Source: Nemertoderma westbladi (taxonomy: Eukaryota > Animalia > Xenacoelomorpha). From it: a stretch of 45,999 nucleotides of DNA. The number at the start of each line of letters is the position of its first letter. Position 1 is the stretch's first letter. Below, piece by piece: positions 35,991 through 45,999 of this stretch. The stretch lies in contig JAUCBJ010002346.1 in the NCBI GenBank assembly GCA_032718475.1, positions 1 to 45,999 of the forward strand. The letters run 5' to 3'. Position numbers and translations under genes: made by a program. A model generated the notes under the pieces. That model saw only the letters and a list, made by a program, of their open reading frames with translations, had not been told where the DNA came from and did not search any database.

Positions 35991-38784
35991 TGCTGGCCAT
36001 GCAAGGATTCCAAACATGTAACACAATCTCAATTTCGTCGTAAAATAGCTGAGATATTGGTGTTCAAAGAACCATGGTATTGCATCTTGGCGAGGTTATT
36101 AGATTCTATTTAATAAACACTCCATTCTGGAACATTTTTCTTATCCCCTCATTAATTATGATCTATATAAATTTGGAATTTTTTTGTACCAGAATAACGA
36201 CACTATAATCCAAGACATGTTGTATGTAGCAGATTCTAGTTTTATTCGTCACTTTCATTTGAGTTCTAGAATATATCATATATTTTACATTGAAAGGTAT
36301 ATTAAGCAATTGAGAATTAGTTGCTTGCCCCATCCACAGATACGTCATGTGAACAAATCTTAAAGGCCCGTTTCCGCGTTGCTTTTTTATGTTCGGTTTT
36401 CTAAGCTTTATTTTTAGTTTTTTATTCAAGCTTTTTTTGAGCTCTTTTTTCAAACTTATTTTTTAGCTTTTTATCAAGCTTATTTTGCCTTTTCTATATA
36501 AATGAATGTTCTAGAATTAAAGAATTTAAATTATGTTATTTTTTGTTGATTTGAAGTGACATGGTTTACTAGCCTACCTATACAGTAATTTTGATATGCA
36601 AATTTAATTTCTTGTCATACCACACTAATTTATACGTATAATCATAATTATTTAAAAATTCAACCCAGCTCTTTTATAGGATGTTTTTCGCGGGTGTTTA
36701 TGAGTTTTTTTAAACCTTTTAGTTAGCTTTTTTTGGAGCTTTATTCTTTAAGTTTAAACATTCTAAAATTCTCAGATTCAACTTGAAGCAATTAATTTCT
36801 AGAAATTTTACTAACTGAAACCTCGCAACATCAAAATAATAATTTTTTATGTTCTTATTATCGAATTCCCTCGACCAGACAACAGCTTCCAGTATAAAGA
36901 TACATTTTGGCTCTTCAGTAGAACGTTAGTATTACTCTTTAACGTGCTTTTAGTATCACATTATATTTCTTAACCTGACAGACCATTTTATTCTGAGCAA
37001 ATGGGCGCATACTGTATCATTTGTAACGTGCAAATGTAAACCTGACAATTTAAATTTAGATTCGCCAGACCTTTTTAAATATCGCCGCCGGCCGGTGCGG
37101 TGGCGTAAAGTCCGGATAATGAAATAAATAAATAAAATAGTGGCAAATGTAATAAATGACAGATAATAATTAGATTGAGTGATTTAGATTGATAACAAAA
37201 ATTAAGATTTAATAGTTTTGTTATGCCATAGCTGTACTATTGTCACACACATGTCTCGCAACTTGATTCAATGGCGCAAAATGACAAAAACACAAAACAA
37301 ATTTTGTAAAAGCTTTTGTGGGATAACTGATTCGTTTGCCTTGTTGGCCAGTTCCCCCCCAGTCGCTAAGAATACTCTCAAAGTGATCTATAACTAAAAA
37401 TAGTGCAAGTTACCAGCTTATTGGCTGATTTGCTATACGCAGGCATCTGGGCTCTGTTTAATCGGCCAACAAGCCTAGGGAGGTTGCGTCATAGCCTTGT
37501 GTTGTATCTCCCAATAGAATTTGAGTTAGCCTTGATTTTGACCTATCACAGAGTACTGAACTGAAAATTTCCTATCTCACTGCTCTTTCTCTGTGTTGAA
37601 CGGGAGCTTCGTGGAATAAGGGAGTTGGTATCCTCGTATAGAGCAGTAGTCACGAGTTTTTCAAAGCCACGAAAGAACGGCTTTTAGTGTTTTGTGCTTT
37701 CTGCTTTTTAGCTCAACACTAGTAGGTTTAATTACAAGGACATATATCCTTTAACCTGGCGACAGCAACTGCTGCCACACGGCTTTTAATAACTGCTGAA
37801 ACTGCTAAAATTACCTGCTCAATCAATATTGTATACTGCTATTTGTTGTCGGTTATTCATTATATTTGTTGATGAATTATTATATTGGAATAACGAGAAA
37901 TAACCCCGACACCCAATATTCTTGATATACCGAAGGTAAGAGAGAAAGGTTACAGATAAACGATTGTGACTTATGTTAAAGTGGTTTGAAGTGAATCTAA
38001 TGTTATTTGATAGACCCTACATGAGTCAGTCTGTGTTCCTTTTATATGTGACTAAAATCAGTGAAGATCGGCAGATTAGTGTGCAGTATTGTGCAGCATT
38101 GTGTATGAGTGAGTCTGTTAAAGAAGCATTCCTAAAGAATGCGCCATATATGTGAATTATAATTAAGCCATATCGTTGTGAGTAGTTTAAGTCATAACTC
38201 TGTTTATGTAGATAAAGCGCCACGTCCTAAAGGAACTGTTAATATTACCGAAGGTGAATAATATTGTCAGAGATTATATAATACTGTCAGTCGAATAATA
38301 CATTAGGCTTACATAGCAATAAAATTAAACCGTCGAACCCAATCTCCCGGGAATATCCAGCGGGTGAATGGTCGCGCACGGATTGGTTTCGACTAGTGTA
38401 GTAAATCAAATACTTGTCATAGGCTAAAAAGCGATTTAATATCTAGAAGACATCTTAATTTGGCGGGTTAAACTGCCAAAGGTCTGAAAGCGCGAACATT
38501 AAAGGATATAGCTTCTGTATTGCAGTAGGCAATAAAGCTGAAGTACCGGCAACCGGTACCCAGTAGGCCTGACTACCTAACCACCCGGACCGGTACCTAC
38601 AGCAGTACAGGTACAGCAGTATTATTCGATTCTGATAATTATATACCGGTAGGCCTTAATAATTAATCAGGGAGGGCCCGCCCTGGTTTTTTATTGAGAT
38701 TTTTACTTATTTCTGTCAAGTTTTATTTGTTTGTAGGCCAGTATTGAACAGAAGGCGTGTAAACCTGATCAGATTATACAGACG

Positions 38785-39355
38785 ATTTGTAGGCTGAGCT
38801 GTTGTCTGATTGTTGTTAAGTCTGAACGGATTGCAGTGTGTGTAGATCACCTGTCCGATTAAGTACGGTTAGGCAGTAGGGGCAGCGAACGCTGTAAGGT
38901 AAACCCCCAACTAAAGAATAAGTCGCACTACTGGGTTAGAGCGCATACTCCCTAATCATTTCGGAGTCTGCATGTCCTGTAGTTTATTTAGGCTTGAGAG
39001 TAGTCTGCCATCGTTTGGTCTGTACTTTGTTTGTGTAAGTCTGTACGGGTAGCGTATAATTTTATTTAGATAATTTGTAGGCTGGATAGTTGTCTGGCTG
39101 TTATTAGGTCTGAACGGATTGCCGCGTGTGTAGATCATCTGTCCGATTAAGTACGGTTAGGCAGTAGGGGCAGCGAACGCTGTAAGGTAAACCCCCAACT
39201 AAAGAATAAGTCGCACTACTGGGTTAGAGCGCATACTCCCTAATCATTTCGGAGTCTGCATATACCGTAGTTTGTTTAGGCTTGATAGTAGCCTGTCAGT
39301 GTTCGGTCTGTATTTTGTTTGAGTAGTTTGTACGCGTAGCGTAATATTTATTATT
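38785..39355 (+). repeat. 288-bp direct duplication in the BEL element leader
   Basis: tgtccgattaagtacgg at 38852 and 39140; identical core with diverged flanks. Confidence 0.9.
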
Positions 39356-40672
39356 CAGAGTTTATGCGATTATCCGCAACATTCATTCCCCAAGTTTGTT
39401 CCTACAGTAATTGTGTTTGTTATACATACCGCTATAGTTAAATTAACCCCGGTACTACACGGGCTGCTCGGCGTAGGTAAAGACTGGTGATTTTGTGCAT
39501 CGGTCACTCCAGCAGATGCTGTGGTTCTTTTAGCTGTTCAAGTATATTTAACTACTGATTATCTGTTGTACAAGTACTCGTACCTAATTTAGGGTTTAGT
39601 GTACAGTACTTTCCGAAGTAATTATTGTAGACATTATATCTGTGTTGTAAAGTGGTTGATAGGCACATTCGATTAGCTCTATTAACTTCTAGGTAGGAAC
39701 ACTCCGTGATACATAACGTAGAACCTATAGCGATACGGCTATAGGTCGTCAGGCGGTGGTATTTTTCTATCTAGACAACGTAGTGTATTTACTACTACTT
39801 ATTATTTCAAATACCGTAGTACCCTGTCCGTTGTAATAACCAGTTTTCTAACCCTTTGTTAGGCTGGTTTGTAGACTTCTTGTAAAATTACCCTAAAAAT
39901 TTCGTATTTTGTGTTTTTGTAAATTTTTGTGTTTATTTAGAGATTGTAATCTCAACCCGAATTGTACGTAATTTGTAGTATTAAGTAACTTAGGTAAATT
40001 AGAATTATTTGTTTTAGTGTCCTATACGTAACACTTCACTGAAAGCGCACCGCTTTGTGTAGTGATTACCCCAGAAATAATAACATTTATTTCAAACATT
40101 GACTAAACCCATTAAAACGGGTATAAATACATTATAAATCAAATCTAACGATTTATAAATAGTAGGCCTACCATACAACCATTAGGTCTCAATATCAGTT
40201 GGACTACTGCTCAAATAACGGTAATAAAGTAAGTAAAGTAACAAAGTAACCCTAAAGTAACAGAAATTCAATTATTTGAAATAATTGATATACCGGTATT
40301 TACGATAGGCCTATTATCTTTATTTCTATAAATCTAGGCTGAAATTATACCGGTACTTGTAATTAATTCTATTTCAGAATTATATATCCTACAAACTGTA
40401 AGCTGTATACCGGTATTCCAGATAGGCCTATTATATATTTATATATATTTGTGCTAAAATTATACCGGTATTCTGTGATAAACATAGTCTGTAATAATAC
40501 TTATATAGTTATATATACTATAAGTATACCGGTATTCTAATATATTATATATATATCACGCTACACTGAGTAGCAGTACCGGTAATTAATTACTAGGCTA
40601 GCAGTTAATACTGAGTTATTAGACTTACTCAGACTGTAATACAGCAGTAGACATTCAACGGTATACATAGTC

Positions 40673-43600
40673 ATGTCTGATACTAAGCAAAACCTGTCAG
40701 ACAGTTTATTAGATGTAACTATCTGTGACTCAGATAGAGACGCACAACCGTCTGGTCGTAAATCCAGTTCACCTCCCACTGTGAGGAAGGTCATCCCTCC
40801 AGTAGTAATAACAGAACCTAGGCTAGTCCAACATCGTAGGTCTATCATAGGCACTCGAGCTCAGGTCAAGCGGGACCAAAAGGCAGCGGAACAGCAACAA
40901 CCCGCTAGTCAAGAACTTATTCCTCAGAGGCCCAGCAGCTCCAGTAGTGAGGATACTGTGGAGCTGACACCCGAGCGCGGAGCAGAGATGACGGATGCGG
41001 TTTATACGGATCCCCTTCTCATCCTTCCTGCAGCCGTGCTCGCTGGGTTATTGATCGCGGTGGAAGAACACCAGATCGATTGGGCGAGAAGTCAACGGTC
41101 AACTAGAGATAGCTACGCGGGATACACGAGTGAAGAACTGAAGTCTATTGTCGAGTCGCAATGGAACTTCCCCGGACCCGGACTCCCGTTTGATTTATCA
41201 GAAGCTGCCTGGGAAGACATACACCGGATGGGAGTAGCCAAGGAAACCATCGATCCAGCTGTATGGAAGAGGTCCGCAGCCGGATACGCCCAGGGATTCT
41301 TCAGCTCTATGGAGCGAGTAGAGAGACAACTGTTTCAACAACCTCAAGGACCTCAAGAGCAGGGATCGCTGCTTTATCAAGTTAGAGAAAGAGTTTTGCG
41401 GATTAGGCTAATCTTATCCGCCTTTGAGGAGGCTTCTAAAAGAAAACAAGACACGTCGTTGCAAGTTGCCGTAAAAACTTGGTTTCAACGGGTGAGTCGC
41501 CAGGTTCAAGGAGCAGCTCAGTGGAAAGCTCAGTTGGAGGAGCGCTCAACCCATGGAGAATCGACGGACGCTATTTTTTCCCAAGTGGAAAGTGAAGCGA
41601 CGGCAGAGAAACCGCATAAGAAGGATGCCATTGATATCTATCTGTCAGACTATCAGCGTTTTTTGGGAGATGATGAGTTGAGGAGAAGGTTAGAGGGACT
41701 TAGCCCTAATAGCGAAGGAGCCAAACTCGTGTTAGATGCGATTGATGTGGATAGGTTAGCGGCGAACCAAGCTAAATTCGATGAACAACTCCGCATCGCT
41801 AGAGAACAAGAAGAACAAGTAAAGAAAAAACGTATAGAAGATAGAAAGACAGCGGCAGTGGCAGCAGCAGTGGCAGAGGCAGAAGCGGAAAGAAAAGCGG
41901 CAGCAGCAGTAGCAGCGGCAGAAGCGGAAAGAAAAGCGGCAGTGGCAGTGGCAGTGGCAGAGGCCGAAGCGGAAAGGAAAGCGGCATCGGCAGTGGCAGA
42001 GGCCGAAGCGGAAAGAAAAGCGGCATTGGCAACAGCAGAGGCAGTGGTAGAAGCCGAACGGAGGGCATCTGAAGAGGCAACCCAACTAGAGTTGGAAATT
42101 CTTCAAGAGAAGCAAGACAACTTCAATAAACAGTTAACAGCGAGCAATATGCAGATGATGAGTAGATCTACTCCCAAGAGACAGGGGTATACATCATCTG
42201 AGGAAGGCGATACCACCGACACTGAAGGCGGAAGAAATCGATCTCGCCTAAGCAGACGTAAAAGAACATTCCACCGGCAGAAATTGCCTGATTTGCCTCC
42301 AGCTGTTAGAAGGCAACTAAATAACACCAAAGTAGGTAGTACAGAACCCACAGACCAAATAATTACAATAGAGAGACTCCCTACTATAGTAGATGAGCCT
42401 GAAATAATTAGGCCTGTTCCCGAAGCTACCCTTTCGGTCGTAGAGACACCTGTACTCCCTGAACCTACTTCTCAATTCCCTTTGCACAGCACTAAGCTAC
42501 CTGTGCCCAACAGAACAGTCCATGAGACAGTGCATACCCTGGACTCCGAGCGAAATATTCCAGATTTGTCGCCCGTTGTCCCTCGTCCGCCCGCTACAAC
42601 GTTGGCGACTCCCGCTTCGGCGGTCGAATGGGTGGACGAGAGACGACGGGGGATGGATCTCCTGCTCGGGCAGATGCAGGAGACTGTCCAACAATTCAAG
42701 GGCACAGTAAGGGAAAGTAGGCTAGAGTTGCAAGAAGTGCAGCAAAGTATCGCGCTTGAACGCGATAAATTAGTAAACACCCAAAAGGGTATACCACCAC
42801 CCTCTATAACAATGTGTCAACCTGTTAGGTCTGAAGTATCGCATGCGCAAGGTGTGGAGCCTACACGCATCTATACTGCTAGCGAAGTAGAAACTCCTAT
42901 AGTGAACCCTATTAAGGGTAATTATAGACCTGTTGATAATGATATTCCATATAAAACTGATCATAATCCGAGAAATTTATATACCGATAACTCGATATTA
43001 AATAGCACGATGGCCCAAGAAAGTTTTACGCGTCAAATGGCTAGAACCGAAGCCCGGCAAGCGGTAAAGGTTGGAGAGATCGTCAAGTTCAATGGAGATG
43101 AGATGAAATGGTTACCTTTTAATGAATATTACAAAGATAACATACAGAACTCTGTACTATCTAATGGAGAAAAACTTAGATACCTCATCGAGTGCTTGGA
43201 AGGATCTCCCAAGTTAATGGCGTTAAAGTTTATTGGACATCCAGACGGATTAAGACAAGTTTGGGATACACTAAACATCAGGTATGGTAATAGGAATAAT
43301 ATCGCTGGGTACTTGTATGCAAAGTTAGTAGCGCCCCGAAAGTTTATTAGTAGCGGAATTATCGAGTTTTCCGATGAGATCCAGGAGATCTGCAGACAAT
43401 TAGATTGGCTAGGTAAGTCTCATGAGTATCAGAACACTATGGTTATTAGAGCAGTGGCTTCTACTTTACCGAAAGGTGGAGTAGGTACACGCTGGGATAA
43501 GAAAGTACTATATATGATGGAACAACAACGACGAGACCCTACCATGGCTGATCTCATGTCATTCTTGGATGGAGAAGTGAAATTGCAACTCCTCAAGCAA

Positions 43601-45999
43601 TCTCGAGAGAAGACACCGGAAAGCAAGGTAAGTGAAAAACCCGTCTCTAGGAGAAAAGTAACACCAGTATGTTATACTGATGACGGCGAAAGCCAAACTT
43701 CTCAAGGAGAAGATAGCGGGAAAGACACGGATAGATCTTATTACGTGAATAAAATGACTAAAGATCAGGTAAGTAAATTCAAGTCTCGAACAAATGACAG
43801 GAGGGAACAGGTAAGAAAAACTCCTCCCACGTCTCCCAAGAGAATTCAGGTGAGAAAACCCGAAGAAAAGGCAAGTGTACACAATGTGACTCAAAACAAG
43901 GTAAGTAACATCAAACCAAAATGTGCGCTGTGCGACGGGACCCACTATTTGAATAGGTGTGATGAATTTCTAAAGAAATCATTAACGGAGAGACGCGAAG
44001 TCATGTGGGATAAGCGGTTATGTTATAATTGCCTCAGACAAGGACACCAACGGCGAACCTGTTTCTCTGACATAAGGTGTGCAAAGTGTGGTGCGAAACA
44101 TCATATCTTGTTGCACGCTGAATTCGATCGAAATAGTCCGAATCAGGTAAGTGATTCCGAGCTACATGTCCAATTCAGTGATGTGAACGACACTGATCAA
44201 TCTGAGATGGAAGGATTCTATACAGATGAGTTCTCCGACGAAAACGAATCCTGTTACATGATAAATACCGCAGTGTATCGAGCACTCACATATGAAAAAG
44301 ATACAGACAACGACTTCACTCTAACTACTTCTGAACGACAACCATCTTGGAAAGAGCCATCTTCCAATGTAGGGATCCGAGAGTTTCCTGTGGTGCAAGT
44401 AAGGGTTCACGGACCTGAGAGGAGTTATGTAGTAAACGCCCTCCTTGACTCCGGCAGCACAGGAACATTCATCGATAAAGAGTTAGCCGAAGATATATTT
44501 GCTAGACAACCCAAGTTCCAAACTAAGCTCAACATGTCAGGCATTATGCAAGTTTGGAAATCTACAATAACAGCTGATTATTATGTAGGAGCGTTGTCCA
44601 CCCCCCAGGACGAATTAGGAAAAAACAGCATAAGGTCAGTGAAAATGGTGGCTATAAAGAACTTCGCTACTACTCAAGCAGACCTTTATGATTGGGACGA
44701 GGATGAGAGCATCCAACATCTTAACATACCTCGATTCCAGACTGATTATCCTGGAGTGCAAATACTCATCGGCCAAAACGCGCATGAGGCGCTGGAGACA
44801 TTAGAGAAACGGCCTGCTCAACCGCAGCCCCTACAGACCTATGCGGTAAGAACTAGAGTAGGTTGGTACTTTACTGGCCCTTCCCGTAGAACACTCAGAG
44901 AAAGACTACCTAATGACGACGTTCACCAGCTTTTTGATGAGGAAAATACCATCGATCTCCTTAAAGAAAACGAGGCTTGGCAAAACCAAGTGAACTTATG
45001 TCAACTTCTCTACCCATCTGAACGAGAAGCTTATAACGACGAGTTAAATGACGTCATTGAGCGTCATAATGCCAAGATTCGGGATGAACATGCCGTACGA
45101 TTCTTTACGCAAGAGGCGGTAGAGCCCAATTCATACGATAAAGCCTTGTCTGTGGAAGAGGAAAGGGCCAAGCAGATCCAAGAGACAACTACATGTTTCC
45201 TCAAAGATCAAGGTAGGTATGAAGTCGGTTTACCGTTCCGCAAGAAAGAACCGAAGTTCATCAATAACAGACCTTTGGCGGAAAAAAGAATCGCGCAACT
45301 CCATCGACGCCTTACGGCTAATTCTTCAGCGAAAGCAATGTATCAAACGCAGCTGGAAAAATTTATTAATAAGGGATACGCGGAGAGGGTACCGGAAGAA
45401 ACACCTGTGACTGAAAGAACGTATTATTTAACTCACCATTACGTTCCTAAACCCGGTAAACCCAATGAAGTGAGAGTAGTGTTTGATGGCTCCGCTCTTT
45501 ACATGGGTCAATCCCTTAACTCTGAATTGTTACCCGGACCCAACTTACTTCAATCTTTGTTGGGAATTCTTTTAAGATTGAGACAATATTCGATTGCTTT
45601 CGCCTCCGACATAGAAGGCATGTTCTTGCAAGTCAAAGTGTTGGATAGGGATCGAGATAGCCTACGATTTCTATGGTGGCCCGAAGGAGACCTCAACCAG
45701 AAACCGGTGGAGTACTGGATGACCATCCAGGCCTTTGGGATAATCTCAAGCCCTTCCAACGCCTGTTCGGTAGTGCGTACTACTGCAGAGGACAACAGAG
45801 AGGCCTTCTCTAAGGAAGTGATCGACAACATCAAGAGAGACATATACATGGACGACAATCTGAAGTCCCTTCCATCAGTTGAGGAAGCCATTGAGGTCGC
45901 TAAGGGAACGGTAGAGTGCTTAAAAAGAGGTGGGTTTCGATTAACAAAATTCACCAGCAACTCCCGTGAGTTTCTGGAGTCGATTCCTGCGGAAGATCG
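40673..45999 (+). CDS. BEL/Pao LTR retrotransposon gag-pol polyprotein (runs off window end)
   Basis: One frame from ATG 40673 carries a DUF1759-like gag region (KFNGDEMKWLPF, ~43085), three Zn knuckles (CALCDGTHYLNRC 43922, CYNCLRQGHQRRTC 44021, CAKCGAKHHILLH), protease ALLDSGS (44438), and RT motifs RVVFDGSA, SDIEGMFLQV, LRFLW and YMDD (45845). Its absence from the ORF track is consistent with no stop before the window end. Confidence 0.93.
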   Translation, partial: MSDTKQNLSDSLLDVTICDSDRDAQPSGRKSSSPPTVRKVIPPVVITEPRLVQHRRSIIGTRAQVKRDQKAAEQQQPASQELIPQRPSSSSSEDTVELTPERGAEMTDAVYTDPLLILPAAVLAGLLIAVEEHQIDWARSQRSTRDSYAGYTSEELKSIVESQWNFPGPGLPFDLSEAAWEDIHRMGVAKETIDPAVWKRSAAGYAQGFFSSMERVERQLFQQPQGPQEQGSLLYQVRERVLRIRLILSAFEEASKRKQDTSLQVAVKTWFQRVSRQVQGAAQWKAQLEERSTHGESTDAIFSQVESEATAEKPHKKDAIDIYLSDYQRFLGDDELRRRLEGLSPNSEGAKLVLDAIDVDRLAANQAKFDEQLRIAREQEEQVKKKRIEDRKTAAVAAAVAEAEAERKAAAAVAAAEAERKAAVAVAVAEAEAERKAASAVAEAEAERKAALATAEAVVEAERRASEEATQLELEILQEKQDNFNKQLTASNMQMMSRSTPKRQGYTSSEEGDTTDTEGGRNRSRLSRRKRTFHRQKLPDLPPAVRRQLNNTKVGSTEPTDQIITIERLPTIVDEPEIIRPVPEATLSVVETPVLPEPTSQFPLHSTKLPVPNRTVHETVHTLDSERNIPDLSPVVPRPPATTLATPASAVEWVDERRRGMDLLLGQMQETVQQFKGTVRESRLELQEVQQSIALERDKLVNTQKGIPPPSITMCQPVRSEVSHAQGVEPTRIYTASEVETPIVNPIKGNYRPVDNDIPYKTDHNPRNLYTDNSILNSTMAQESFTRQMARTEARQAVKVGEIVKFNGDEMKWLPFNEYYKDNIQNSVLSNGEKLRYLIECLEGSPKLMALKFIGHPDGLRQVWDTLNIRYGNRNNIAGYLYAKLVAPRKFISSGIIEFSDEIQEICRQLDWLGKSHEYQNTMVIRAVASTLPKGGVGTRWDKKVLYMMEQQRRDPTMADLMSFLDGEVKLQLLKQSREKTPESKVSEKPVSRRKVTPVCYTDDGESQTSQGEDSGKDTDRSYYVNKMTKDQVSKFKSRTNDRREQVRKTPPTSPKRIQVRKPEEKASVHNVTQNKVSNIKPKCALCDGTHYLNRCDEFLKKSLTERREVMWDKRLCYNCLRQGHQRRTCFSDIRCAKCGAKHHILLHAEFDRNSPNQVSDSELHVQFSDVNDTDQSEMEGFYTDEFSDENESCYMINTAVYRALTYEKDTDNDFTLTTSERQPSWKEPSSNVGIREFPVVQVRVHGPERSYVVNALLDSGSTGTFIDKELAEDIFARQPKFQTKLNMSGIMQVWKSTITADYYVGALSTPQDELGKNSIRSVKMVAIKNFATTQADLYDWDEDESIQHLNIPRFQTDYPGVQILIGQNAHEALETLEKRPAQPQPLQTYAVRTRVGWYFTGPSRRTLRERLPNDDVHQLFDEENTIDLLKENEAWQNQVNLCQLLYPSEREAYNDELNDVIERHNAKIRDEHAVRFFTQEAVEPNSYDKALSVEEERAKQIQETTTCFLKDQGRYEVGLPFRKKEPKFINNRPLAEKRIAQLHRRLTANSSAKAMYQTQLEKFINKGYAERVPEETPVTERTYYLTHHYVPKPGKPNEVRVVFDGSALYMGQSLNSELLPGPNLLQSLLGILLRLRQYSIAFASDIEGMFLQVKVLDRDRDSLRFLWWPEGDLNQKPVEYWMTIQAFGIISSPSNACSVVRTTAEDNREAFSKEVIDNIKRDIYMDDNLKSLPSVEEAIEVAKGTVECLKRGGFRLTKFTSNSREFLESIPAED

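Larger units (their letters stand above)
37844..45999 (+). mobile_element. BEL/Pao LTR retrotransposon, 5' part (left boundary tentative)
   Basis: Gag-pol ORF as above. Candidate LTR starts TGTTG at 37844, with AATAAA near 38318 and a TGG-initiated PBS-like sequence at 38369. The second LTR is not in the window, so the boundary is unconfirmed. Confidence 0.65.

Noticed and set aside
38851-38972. Self-cleaving ribozyme in the duplicated core
   Set aside because: No hammerhead CUGANGA/GAAA core or recognisable HDV/twister pattern on either strand by eye.
40561-45960. Short ORFs listed over the BEL region
   Set aside because: Antisense or off-frame shadows of the gag-pol ORF.

Overview
AT-rich eukaryotic (animal, probably invertebrate) genomic DNA, not prokaryotic. 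The backbone is a minus-strand, multi-exon NMDA-type glutamate receptor gene (GluN1-like). Seven coding exons lie at 28490-28393, 11650-11544, 10911-10740, 10221-9987, 9877-9727, 9613-9492 and 8687-8521; its first and last exons appear to lie outside the window. The last two exons are paralogous, phase-matched copies of the same S1 ligand-binding segment, the signature of mutually exclusive splicing. One 16.7-kb intron is almost filled by a 15.3-kb head-to-tail array of ten non-autonomous Helentron/DINE-like elements, joined precisely at CTAG|TTAG junctions and carrying different satellite cargo. Two plus-strand genes lie antisense, apparently within its introns: a perilipin with an intronless CDS (6492-7829) and an unknown two-exon ~887-aa protein (29729-33328). 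Also present are a perfect 413-bp palindrome, a MITE, several minisatellites, a 5'-truncated RTE-like LINE with TSD, and an apparently intact BEL/Pao LTR retrotransposon whose gag-pol ORF runs from 40673 off the right edge. All calls come from manual reading and translation; no searches were run.
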